This document shows, piece by piece, positions 42,253 to 51,536 of a stretch of DNA of 64,000 nt (positions are counted from its first letter, which is position 1; the number at the start of each line of letters is the position of its first letter). A program made the position numbers and the translations under genes. The stretch spans positions 32,001-96,000 of the forward strand of contig CAVVXT010000003.1 in assembly GCA_963752255.1 (NCBI GenBank), given 5' to 3'. The DNA comes from Nitrososphaeria archaeon. Its GTDB lineage: Archaea > Thermoproteota > Nitrososphaeria > JACIWG01. Below the pieces are notes generated by a model. The model made no database searches, had not been told where the DNA came from, and saw only the letters and a list, made by a program, of their open reading frames with translations.

Positions 42253-42924
42253 ATGAGCGAAAGACTGCTTGATTGGCTTGCAAAGCGAAGGGAAATAAAT
42301 GTTGTAAAGATGATTCAGGATCATCTTAGTCTCTGTACGGAATGTGCCGAAGAAATTGCAAATGCAACTAAAAAGATGATTTTAGGGGACAGGGAAGGAG
42401 CAATGCTCAACATTCTTAGGTTAAATTCTAAAGAAAAAGAAGCAGACGTGTTAAGGGGTACGATAATGAATGAACTTTCAAAGGGTGAATTTTCTCCAAA
42501 TCAGAGAGACGATCTGATGCACCTTATTAAAAGAGTTGACATGGTCGCAGATTATGCACGCAGTGCTGGACGCAGCCTCACTCTACTGTCTATGGACAGG
42601 TATCCTGATAAGGTGAAAGAAATTTCTATAATATTTGTGGAAAAAACATTGGAAAATGTAGCTACGCTACGGAAGAGCGTGCAAAGCCTAACTGTTAATG
42701 TCACAGACGCAATGAAATTTGGTGATCAAGTTGAAAGAATAGAAGAGGAAGTTGATGAACTGCATGCCACCGCAAGAGGAATAATCAAAGATCTTCCCTC
42801 ATCAGTCATTACGACAGGAGAATTTATTGTTCTCTCTGAATTCTTTAACGCATTAGAGATGGTTAACGATTCATGCGAAGATTCGGTAGATTATTTGAGA
42901 CTAATTGTTGTGAAGTTGAAATAA
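42253..42924 (+). CDS. DUF47/PhoU-like phosphate transport regulator
   Basis: EKEAD..R, REDL-like QRDDL..D..AD, EEEVD, E...D..ED repeats. Confidence 0.88.
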   Translation: MSERLLDWLAKRREINVVKMIQDHLSLCTECAEEIANATKKMILGDREGAMLNILRLNSKEKEADVLRGTIMNELSKGEFSPNQRDDLMHLIKRVDMVADYARSAGRSLTLLSMDRYPDKVKEISIIFVEKTLENVATLRKSVQSLTVNVTDAMKFGDQVERIEEEVDELHATARGIIKDLPSSVITTGEFIVLSEFFNALEMVNDSCEDSVDYLRLIVVKLK

Positions 42925-43012
42925 ATCATTAACAAATTAGCAAAATATGATTCTGCTCAGAGATTAATGGTAATACCTGCCTAAGAGTCTGTCTTATGGT
43001 CACCTTCATTAT

Positions 43013-43153
43013 AAACCTTCGAAATCAGTTAAACTCATGCTCACAGCAGTCAAAAGCTTTCTCATAGAAAATAATGTTGAACTTTCAGATAGATTCTTGA
43101 AAAAACTAGGTAAGAGAGTGAAGGGATCAAGGACTCTAACTGAATGTGGATAA
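43013..43153 (+). pseudogene. Probable fragment of an archaeal tyrosine recombinase/integrase
   Basis: KPSKSVKLMLTAVKSFLIENNVELSDRFLKKLGKRVKGSRTLTE resembles the core-binding/linker segment of archaeal integrases (recalled similarity, not searched). Confidence 0.5.
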
Positions 43154-43353
43154 GCGGAATTTAAATTAGGGATATTGCAGTTTGAGGGTGTTGAATCATA
43201 ATGTCTATATTTTATTTGCAGTTGTGGTGACAGTTCATGGGGATATTATGTTATGTCAAACTGTTGACCTAGTTACAGACAAGACGCAAACTTGATAGTA
43301 AAAAGAGTTTTAAACTGCCAAGATTTAGTGACTAGAAATGATTAAGGTATGCA

Positions 43354-44523
43354 ATGTTTGGAAGAGTTTTCAAGATAAAAGTGTGCTTAAAGACGTATCA
43401 TTTAAATTCGCTCGAGGTGAAATCATACTTGAATGAAGTAATTGATAGTTTTAAATCTTTGGACAATCTGCGTCTTGTTGATAAGTTATATCTGTTCGGT
43501 AAAACATCACGCTTGGGCATGGATGAAGAAAGCGCTGGGCTTCTTAGTGCAATAAAAAAATTCGGTTCTATATCTTTAGCTTCAAGATATGTCGGAAAAG
43601 ATTATCGCACAGCGTGGACCAAGATAGACGAATTAGAAAAAAGCTTTGGTTTTAAAGTAATAGATAGAACCTTTGGTGGCTTGGGAGGTGGCAGCGCTAA
43701 ACTAACCTTGAAAGGAGAGATATTACTTCAGAAGTATTTGCTGGCGATGAAAAAAATGGGAAATTTTCTAGATTCGATTAGCAAAATCAGACCTGATTTG
43801 AGTTTGATGGGAAGTCACTGTAACGCTTTGGAAATTCTAGTTGGTATGATGGAGTCTGAAATAAAAAATTTTTTTGTCGAATACATCAATGTTGGTTCAG
43901 AAAATGGCGTCAAATTAGTCATTGCAGGTATTGCGGATATTTCTGGAGTACACTTATTTGATAAGATCAGTGGTGAATATAATAAATTTCTTCTAAAAGA
44001 CCCCAAATTTGGAAGGAAGATTGCTTTAATAAGAGGTTATTCAAGAATACAGGGCATTATTTTGGGTGAAGGCAATCCAAAAAACATTAACTCTCTAGAG
44101 GATGTCCTTAGGAGAGATGTTGTCTTTATTAATAGGAACGCTGGATCCGGTACAAGGATACTATTTGATACTTTAATGAATAAAATAGCTTTAGGAAGAG
44201 GTACAAGTTATAGGAAAATCTCTGAAGGAATTCGAGGATACGATAACGAAGTCAGATCCCACTTTGAGGTGGGTGCTGCAGTTAAGTATGGTAAGGCAGA
44301 CATGGGCATAGGCATCAAATCAGTCTCGAAACTTCTAAAACTTGACTTTATACCAATTCAGAGTGAAAGATTCGATTTTGTGCTTTTAAAGGATAAGGTT
44401 GACGGAGATAACATAAAAAAATTCTTACAGATGCTTTCCTCGAAAGCTTTTAGAGAGGAAATATGTGAGATGGACCTAGGAATCGAATTTGACGACCTGG
44501 TAGGGAAAATTATTTCAAGTTAG
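43354..44523 (+). CDS. ModE-type HTH fused to PBP (molybdate-binding-like) domain; start may be about 43429
   Basis: GSISLAS...YRTAW..I...GG.GGGSAKLT; GSHC, VGS..G, GVHL, NRNAGSGTR, ADMGIGI. Confidence 0.88.
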   Translation: MFGRVFKIKVCLKTYHLNSLEVKSYLNEVIDSFKSLDNLRLVDKLYLFGKTSRLGMDEESAGLLSAIKKFGSISLASRYVGKDYRTAWTKIDELEKSFGFKVIDRTFGGLGGGSAKLTLKGEILLQKYLLAMKKMGNFLDSISKIRPDLSLMGSHCNALEILVGMMESEIKNFFVEYINVGSENGVKLVIAGIADISGVHLFDKISGEYNKFLLKDPKFGRKIALIRGYSRIQGIILGEGNPKNINSLEDVLRRDVVFINRNAGSGTRILFDTLMNKIALGRGTSYRKISEGIRGYDNEVRSHFEVGAAVKYGKADMGIGIKSVSKLLKLDFIPIQSERFDFVLLKDKVDGDNIKKFLQMLSSKAFREEICEMDLGIEFDDLVGKIISS

Positions 44524-44908
44524 AATCTTGGGATTTTTGACCTGTATCATCTTCCTTTTTAGCTTCCTCAGTAAATCTCTTAATGACTATTTCCTGTAAT
44601 TTTTGGAAATACAATCTTGTAGCAAATGGCATTTCGGTGAGATGTGCGTCTATCGCCTGCATAAAATAAGTAACAGCACGCTTCGATATATCGACCTTGA
44701 ATTTCATAGGAAAAACAGGGTCTTGCTCAATTATTATTGTATCCCTCAATTCCTGCGTTGGGCACAACGCCTTTGTTTCATCTTCTACAACATTGTACCA
44801 CGATTCCAGAATTTCGGGATTTAACCCTTCCTTCGATTCTTCTATTTCCTCTAGTATTTTCGTCAAGTCTCCTAAACTAAAGGGATCAAACGACATTCTT
44901 CCATCCAA
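44510..44908 (-). CDS. Hypothetical acidic protein
   Basis: 132-aa ORF; no recognisable motif. Confidence 0.7.
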   Translation of the reverse strand: MDGRMSFDPFSLGDLTKILEEIEESKEGLNPEILESWYNVVEDETKALCPTQELRDTIIIEQDPVFPMKFKVDISKRAVTYFMQAIDAHLTEMPFATRLYFQKLQEIVIKRFTEEAKKEDDTGQKSQDSNLK

Positions 44909-45088
44909 ACTTAAAATACATTTCCAGTAAATAACTATTTCTTGAAGTCTTGATATAATTTTATTATGAAGAAGTGTTTGAGAGATTAATTAAAGGTAAA
45001 ATAGGATCCAGCCGCATAAACACTCAATCCAGATTACGCACGGTGTTCTCCGATTATTTTTATGTGGAACTGCATTTTCTAAAAGAAA

Positions 45089-46303
45089 CTAGAGAATATA
45101 TGGTGCAACTATCATGAAACCAATAAGAAATACCAGCAGTATGCTGACCGAATAGACGATAATGTTCACCTTCTTTTCACCTATTCTTTTTCCTAGAACT
45201 TTTTTTAAGCCAAGTTTAAAGACGTACCCCCCATCCAATGGGTAGAGTGGGAGAGCGTTGAATATAGCTAAACTAAAGTCTATGAGCCAAATCCAGTATA
45301 GAAGGTTAGCTAAAACAAAGTAGTTATTTCCTAGAAAGGTGTTTGAGACGTAGTAGGAATGAAGTTGATCTGAGAACGGTATCAATGTAGCTACATTTGG
45401 TAGAGTTGGTATTACTAAATATAATGCTAAGTCCCTATAGGAAAAGTGTGTTATTGTTGAAAGGTAGTTGGCGGTAACCTGTTTAAGAGAAAGATCAGCT
45501 ATTCCAATAAATCCTTCACTGCTGTTTGAAGGGTTCTCTGCAAGAGTAATTGTGTAATTGAAGTTCGTGCTGTTTCTTAATACTGTTAAAGTAAGGTTAT
45601 TACCTGGTTTATAGATAGGATTTAGCACTCTTTGGAAGTCATCTTGAGTAACTACCTTTACACCATTAACTGCTAAGAGAATGTCTCCAGGCTTTACTCC
45701 TACTTTATATGCTGGTCCATCTGTAGACAACTGCGTTATTAGAAGGCCATTGGCGACAGGTGTCAAAGATGAGACGATCAGAAGTATGAAAAAAAGTGCG
45801 ATCACAGCTGTGATTATATTTGTTCCGGTTCCCGCTGAAATCGTCTTTGCAAAGTTCTTGAAGCTTTTTTTTCCAAGCTCTTCATCGTCTAGTTCGACAA
45901 AGGCGGCGATAGGCAAGACTATTAAGAACGCTAGTCCGACAAATTTAACTGGGACACCTGAAACCTTTGCCTGAATTCCATGAGCAAATTCGTGGACGAT
46001 CATTGCTACGAAAAGTGCTATCCAGCCATAAACAATCGGAAAATAAGGGTTTAATCCAGGCCAGGGAAGATTGATTGCTGGACCAATTTGTCTTATTACA
46101 ACGCTGACGTTTGGATTTGTTAGAGTAAGATATATGCTAGACAAAACAAAATAGACCGTAACAGCTGCTAATATCGGCAGCAAGAATATGAACACCCAGC
46201 CGCTTTTCTTTGCTACAGCTGTTTTAGCAGCTTTATCGAAGAAAGCTACCCCCCTATCCGTTTTTATTGTCAGAATCGGAAAGCTGAAATCTTTTTTAAT
46301 CAA
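45089..46303 (-). CDS. Site-2 (M50) intramembrane metalloprotease with PDZ domain
   Basis: HEFAH, AFVE, GPA...GVKPGD PDZ, NALPLYPLDGG. Confidence 0.95.
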   Translation of the reverse strand: MIKKDFSFPILTIKTDRGVAFFDKAAKTAVAKKSGWVFIFLLPILAAVTVYFVLSSIYLTLTNPNVSVVIRQIGPAINLPWPGLNPYFPIVYGWIALFVAMIVHEFAHGIQAKVSGVPVKFVGLAFLIVLPIAAFVELDDEELGKKSFKNFAKTISAGTGTNIITAVIALFFILLIVSSLTPVANGLLITQLSTDGPAYKVGVKPGDILLAVNGVKVVTQDDFQRVLNPIYKPGNNLTLTVLRNSTNFNYTITLAENPSNSSEGFIGIADLSLKQVTANYLSTITHFSYRDLALYLVIPTLPNVATLIPFSDQLHSYYVSNTFLGNNYFVLANLLYWIWLIDFSLAIFNALPLYPLDGGYVFKLGLKKVLGKRIGEKKVNIIVYSVSILLVFLIGFMIVAPYIL

Positions 46304-46406
46304 CCTTTTTTCAACATCAAAGGTTATAAGTGTTCGATATATGTCCTTTTATAAGGCACATGATATTCTTATCGCCTTGTTTCTTCCCTTTTTTTCTCTT
46401 ATGACA

Positions 46407-46419
46407 AACTATAAATAGG
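46407..46419 (+). promoter_or_regulatory. TATA element AACTATAAATAGG, copy 1
   Basis: Identical 13-mer at 47425; ends 29 nt before the start codon. Confidence 0.7.
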
Positions 46420-46447
46420 CTGTCTTAATTTTAAAAAATAGATTTTT

Positions 46448-47422
46448 TTGTCTATACTAATAACAGGTGGGTCTGGTTTTATTGGTTCATACACTATTTT
46501 GGAGTTAATGAATGAAAGGAAAGCCGAAAAAATTGTTATTTACGATCTTGCCCCTCCTAGCTTTATATCTATTCTTGATCGCGTAGGTAAAGAGGTGATC
46601 TACGTTGATGGCAACATTCTCGACTTTGGAAGGCTGCTTGAAACAATTAAAAAATATGATATAAAGGGAATAATTCACACATCCCTTTTAGGCAATTTCA
46701 AGTCCATGAAAGAAAATCCCATGAACTGTATAGCAACTAATTTCAATGGCACTCTAAATGTTTTAGAATTAGCTCGAATAAACAATTTGAAGGTTGTCTA
46801 TACAAGTTCAGGGGCAGTATATGGAGAAACGATGAAGCCCGCTAAGGAAAATTTTCCGATAAGACCTGGCGATATGTACGGAATGATAAAAGCTACATGT
46901 GAACTCCTAGGCGAACAATACGCTAAAGCATATGGTTTAGATTACGTAGCCGTAAGACTTTATTTTGTCTACGGTCAGGATCGATTGTACATTTCTAGAC
47001 CCTTCAAAGAATTACTTGATCCTCCAATTACACCCACGGATGTACTTACGGCGTTCGTACAAAAAAGTGTAAGAGGTGAAGTATTAAAATTTAAAAAAGG
47101 TGGCGATCTAGACCTAGATTTTACTTATGTTAAAGATGCAGCTCATGGAGTTTTGTTGGCTTACTTCACTAAAAAACCACCTCATAGAGTTTACAATATC
47201 TCATCCGGTGAAGCTCACAGTCTTAAGGAAATAGCACAAATCATTAACAGATGTTCTGGCAGCAAATTTGTGGAGATAGGGCCAGGAACTGTAGAAGGTT
47301 GGCCTCCTAGGCCAAAGTTTTTGGATAACACTTTGGCGAGAAATGAATTGGGCTACATTCCGCAGTTTGATATTGATAAGGGTCTTATTGAATTTTATCG
47401 GATGGTTAAGGGTCATCCATAA
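46448..47422 (+). CDS. NAD-dependent epimerase/dehydratase, paralog 1
   Basis: TGGSGFIG, TSSGAVYG, YGMIK, DFTYVKD. Confidence 0.93.
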   Translation: MSILITGGSGFIGSYTILELMNERKAEKIVIYDLAPPSFISILDRVGKEVIYVDGNILDFGRLLETIKKYDIKGIIHTSLLGNFKSMKENPMNCIATNFNGTLNVLELARINNLKVVYTSSGAVYGETMKPAKENFPIRPGDMYGMIKATCELLGEQYAKAYGLDYVAVRLYFVYGQDRLYISRPFKELLDPPITPTDVLTAFVQKSVRGEVLKFKKGGDLDLDFTYVKDAAHGVLLAYFTKKPPHRVYNISSGEAHSLKEIAQIINRCSGSKFVEIGPGTVEGWPPRPKFLDNTLARNELGYIPQFDIDKGLIEFYRMVKGHP

Positions 47423-47424
47423 AT

Positions 47425-47437
47425 AACTATAAATAGG
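47425..47437 (+). promoter_or_regulatory. TATA element AACTATAAATAGG, copy 2
   Basis: Identical to 46407-46419; ends 30 nt before the start codon. Confidence 0.7.
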
Positions 47438-47466
47438 ATAATTAATCAAGAGGTAAAGAAGACATT

Positions 47467-48444
47467 TTGGTAATGCTTATAACGGGAGGTTCGGGTCTCG
47501 TAGGTTCCCATATCATTATGGAATTGTTGGAAGAAAAAAAAGCAGAAAAGGTAGTTATATACGACATCGCAACTCCGAGGAATAGTTTTGTAATCAAACA
47601 TCTTGGTAAAGAGATTATATATGTTGATGGAAACGTTCTAGATCCGGGTAGACTATTTGAGACAGTAAAGAAATATAATGTGGACGGCATTATCCATACG
47701 ACTGGTTTTATTAACTACAAATATATCGTCTCTAACCCGATGACCAGCATACAAACGAATGTTATGGGCACACTGAATGTTTTAGAGCTAGCTCGTATAA
47801 ACGATCTAAAAATAGTTTTCACGAGCTCAGGCGCCGTATATGGTAAAGTTAAGAACTATGCAACTGAAAAAATGTCAGTTAAACCAACCGACATATATGG
47901 GGTCACAAAATCAGCTGGAGAAATGTTGGGGGAACAGTATTCTAGAACATATGGAATAGACTTCATCGCAGTCAGGCTCTATTTTATATACGGTTATGGG
48001 CAATCACTTAATGTCGAATCTCTGGAGCAAGCGTTAAGTCCACCAGTACACCCCCTAAACATACTGTACCTCTTTATGCTAAAGAGTGTGAAGAAAGAAT
48101 TGTTGAGAATAGAAAAAGGTGGTGATTCAAAATTAGATTTTACATATGTAAAGGACGCTGCCCATGGTGTGCTCTTATCTTATTACGCTAAAAAGCCTCA
48201 ACATAAAATATACAACATCTCATCCGGACAAGCGTATTCTCTCAAAGAGATCGCAGAAATTATTAACCAGCACACTGGCAGAAAGTGTATTCAGATAGGT
48301 TCTGGGATTATTGAAGGTTGGCCCCAAAGAGCGCAATATCTAGATAATACATTGGCAAAAAGAGAGATAGGTTATAGTCCAAGGTATGGCATTAAAGGTG
48401 GGTTAACCGAATTCTACGACCTGATTAAAAAAGATAGGATATAA
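47467..48444 (+). CDS. NAD-dependent epimerase/dehydratase, paralog 2
   Basis: TGGSGLVG, TSSGAVYG, YGVTK, DFTYVKD; collinear with paralog 1. Confidence 0.93.
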   Translation: MVMLITGGSGLVGSHIIMELLEEKKAEKVVIYDIATPRNSFVIKHLGKEIIYVDGNVLDPGRLFETVKKYNVDGIIHTTGFINYKYIVSNPMTSIQTNVMGTLNVLELARINDLKIVFTSSGAVYGKVKNYATEKMSVKPTDIYGVTKSAGEMLGEQYSRTYGIDFIAVRLYFIYGYGQSLNVESLEQALSPPVHPLNILYLFMLKSVKKELLRIEKGGDSKLDFTYVKDAAHGVLLSYYAKKPQHKIYNISSGQAYSLKEIAEIINQHTGRKCIQIGSGIIEGWPQRAQYLDNTLAKREIGYSPRYGIKGGLTEFYDLIKKDRI

Positions 48445-48536
48445 AGGCTTTATTAAACTATTTTAAGATAACTGGTCAGCAAAACTTTAATAAACAATAA
48501 CAGCTTCTTTTTTGTGTATTAAATTAAATTTTAAAG

Positions 48537-50261
48537 ATGATTGATATGAAAAATTTTGATGTCGCAAAGATCTTGAGAGAAATTGCTTTTTTCCTAGAGA
48601 TGAATGATGTTCAATTTAAACCTAGGGCGTACGAAAAAGCTGCGAGGTCGGTAGAAGCACTAGAAGATGATGTAGAAGAAATATATCAGAAGGGCGGGAT
48701 TAAAGCGCTAATGGAAATTCCTGGTGTAGGTCAAAATATAGCTAAGAAGATTGAAGAACTCGTTAAAACCGGAAAGCTCGAATACTATGAAGAATTAAAG
48801 AAAGAGACTCCAGTAGATCTAGAAAGCTTCACGGGTATTGAGGGGCTTGGACCAAAAACAATCAAGGTACTCTGGCAAAAGTTGAAAGTTAAAAATATAG
48901 ATGATTTAGAGAAGGCTGCACTTGCTCACAGAATACGCTCACTTCCAGGATTTCAAGAAAAATCCGAGCAGAAAATTCTAAAAGGTATTGAATTCGCAAA
49001 AAAAAACAAAGGCAGGCATATGCTTGGATATGTTCTTCCGATAATACATAAAATAGAAAACCGACTAAGTTCACTTCCAGAAATCAAAATAGCATTAGTT
49101 GCAGGCTCTATAAGAAGGATGAAAGAAACCGTTGGTGACGCTGATTTCCTAGTTATATCTGATAATTCAAAAAAAGTAATGGACTTCTTCGTTTCTATGC
49201 CTGAGGTTGAAGACGTCTTAGTCAAAGGTGAAACAAAAACTTCCGTTAGACTGAAAATTGGCATGGATGCAGATATTAGAGTTCTGCAAGAACAAAGCTT
49301 TGGTGCAGCTCTACAATATTTTACTGGAAACAAAGATCATAATATCGCTCTAAGAAGTAGAGCGCAGGACAGGGGGTGGAAGCTCAGCGAATATGGTTTA
49401 TTTCAAGGCGACAAACAGATAGCTGGTAAAACGGAGGAAGATGTTTATGATAGATTGGGTCTACAATGGATTCCTCCAGAACTGAGAGAAAACAATGGAG
49501 AAATAGAAGCTGCCGCGGTAAACAGACTACCAAAATTGATCGATTACGGAGATCTTAGGGGAGATCTCCAGGTTCACTCGAACTGGACCGACGGAACCAA
49601 TTCAATAAAAGAAATGGCTTTGTATGCAAAGAAAATTGGTTTAGAATATATTGTAATATCTGATCACTCTAAATCTCTAGCCATGACTGGGGGTTTAGAT
49701 GAGAATATGATATTAAAGCAGGCAAGCGAAATAGATGAATTGAACGAACAACTTTCTGGAATAAGAATTTTAAAGGGTGTCGAATTGAATATCTTAAAGG
49801 ACGGTCGTTTGGATATATCCGACAAAATTCTCGAAACTTTAGATGTAGTAGGCGCGTCTATTCATTCTCATTTTAACTTAAGTAAGGAAGAGATGACAGA
49901 AAGGGTTTTAAAGGCTATAGCAAACAATAACGTAGATATATTTTATCATCCAACTGAAAGACTGATTCAAAGGAGAGAGCCAATTCAGTTGGATCTAGAA
50001 AAAATAATCGAAGCTTCAAAGGATAATGGAACAATTTTAGACATAGATTCTTTTCCAGATAGGTTGGATCTAAAAGACGAACATATAAGGAAGGCGGTTA
50101 AGGCTGGAGCAAAACTTGGAATAAGTTCTGATTCTCATAACGTACGCCATCTTCATTTTCTTGAACTAGGTGTTGCTCAGGGTAGAAGGGGATGGGCAAC
50201 AGCCAAAGACATAGTTAATACTAGGAAATTACAAGAATTTTTGAGAATGGTGAAATCTTAA
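48537..50261 (+). CDS. polX: DNA polymerase X with PHP domain
   Basis: HhH motifs (IPGVG, IEGLG), GSIRR, GDAD, DIR, YFTG; PHP QVHS..DG, SDH, SDSH. Confidence 0.95.
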   Translation: MIDMKNFDVAKILREIAFFLEMNDVQFKPRAYEKAARSVEALEDDVEEIYQKGGIKALMEIPGVGQNIAKKIEELVKTGKLEYYEELKKETPVDLESFTGIEGLGPKTIKVLWQKLKVKNIDDLEKAALAHRIRSLPGFQEKSEQKILKGIEFAKKNKGRHMLGYVLPIIHKIENRLSSLPEIKIALVAGSIRRMKETVGDADFLVISDNSKKVMDFFVSMPEVEDVLVKGETKTSVRLKIGMDADIRVLQEQSFGAALQYFTGNKDHNIALRSRAQDRGWKLSEYGLFQGDKQIAGKTEEDVYDRLGLQWIPPELRENNGEIEAAAVNRLPKLIDYGDLRGDLQVHSNWTDGTNSIKEMALYAKKIGLEYIVISDHSKSLAMTGGLDENMILKQASEIDELNEQLSGIRILKGVELNILKDGRLDISDKILETLDVVGASIHSHFNLSKEEMTERVLKAIANNNVDIFYHPTERLIQRREPIQLDLEKIIEASKDNGTILDIDSFPDRLDLKDEHIRKAVKAGAKLGISSDSHNVRHLHFLELGVAQGRRGWATAKDIVNTRKLQEFLRMVKS

Positions 50262-50507
50262 AGATGGCCTCTCTTATTTATAGTTAGAGTTCATTCAAGT
50301 ACTTTATATGACTACTTTAAAAAAATAACCAGGTCGCCTGATATAGGGTTTTCCAGAGGAAACATTGAAGAAAGAGTCGTATTCATCAAACTGAGATTAG
50401 TTAAAAAGTAGTGTAGGAAGATTTCTTCTTAGGTTGCAAACGTTCACACAAATTAAATGGTGTGATTTCTTAAAAGATTAAAATATACATTTGACACCTG
50501 CTTTGTT

Positions 50508-51536
50508 ATGTCTATTCGTGTTGCTGTATACGGCCTTGGTCCTATAGGTATCCTAATAGCTAAAGAAACCCTAAAGAAAAAGGATTTGAATCTTGTTGCA
50601 GCGTTTGACATTGACCCCTTGAAAATTGGCAAAGATTTAGGAGACATCCTTGGAATAGATGAGAAAATAGGAATATACGTTGATGATGATGCTAACGCGT
50701 TGCAGACTCTAAAGAACAGCGGCGTAAAGGTAGTTTTACATTCGACCTCAACCTACTTAGATAAAAATTATGCCCAGATCGTCAAATGTATTGAAGCAGG
50801 TGCAGATGTTATTTCAACTTCTGAAACGCTTTCAAACCCGTGGTTTCGCTACCCAGAGCTTGCGACACTTCTTGACGAGCTAGCTAAAAAATATTGTACT
50901 TCTATAATCGGAACTGGAATCAACCCTGGGTTCATCTTTGATACTCTTCCCATAGTCATGACTTCTGTGTGCACCGTAGTCAACAGCATTCACGTCACAA
51001 GGTCTCTTGACGCTTCAAAAAGAAGATATTCATTCCAAAAGAAATATGGTTTAGGTTTAAAAGTTGACGACTTCAAAGATAAAATAGAAAAAGGAGAATT
51101 AACAGCTCACACAGGTTATAGTGAATCGATCAATTTGATAGCTAACGCGTTAGGTGTCAACCTAGATAAAATCATTGAAGGACAAGAACCCCTGATCGCT
51201 AAGAAGGATATGAAGACACAATTTTTCAATATCAGAGAAGGTCAAGTTTCCGGTATACACGGTTTTGGAGTTGGATTCCTGAAGGGAGGGGAATTTATCA
51301 AAATCGAACTTTCTGCTGAAGTAGACGGGATTGAATTTGAAGAAGTTACAATTGAAGGTACTCCACCTATAAAATGGAGGAGCTCTGGAATCTCTGGTGA
51401 TATCGCCACGGCAGCCATGGTAATAAACATGATTCCAAAGATACTCACTTCAAAACCTGGCTTACGCCGTATGTGCGATATTCCGTACCCATCTGCCTTT
51501 TTGAGTTTGGAAAATTCAATTAGAGAAGAGGGTTGA
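50508..51536 (+). CDS. 2,4-diaminopentanoate dehydrogenase/native amine dehydrogenase-like (DapB-related)
   Basis: GLGPIG, GKDLG, STSE, GTGINPGF.FD, GDIATAA..IN. Confidence 0.85.
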   Translation: MSIRVAVYGLGPIGILIAKETLKKKDLNLVAAFDIDPLKIGKDLGDILGIDEKIGIYVDDDANALQTLKNSGVKVVLHSTSTYLDKNYAQIVKCIEAGADVISTSETLSNPWFRYPELATLLDELAKKYCTSIIGTGINPGFIFDTLPIVMTSVCTVVNSIHVTRSLDASKRRYSFQKKYGLGLKVDDFKDKIEKGELTAHTGYSESINLIANALGVNLDKIIEGQEPLIAKKDMKTQFFNIREGQVSGIHGFGVGFLKGGEFIKIELSAEVDGIEFEEVTIEGTPPIKWRSSGISGDIATAAMVINMIPKILTSKPGLRRMCDIPYPSAFLSLENSIREEG

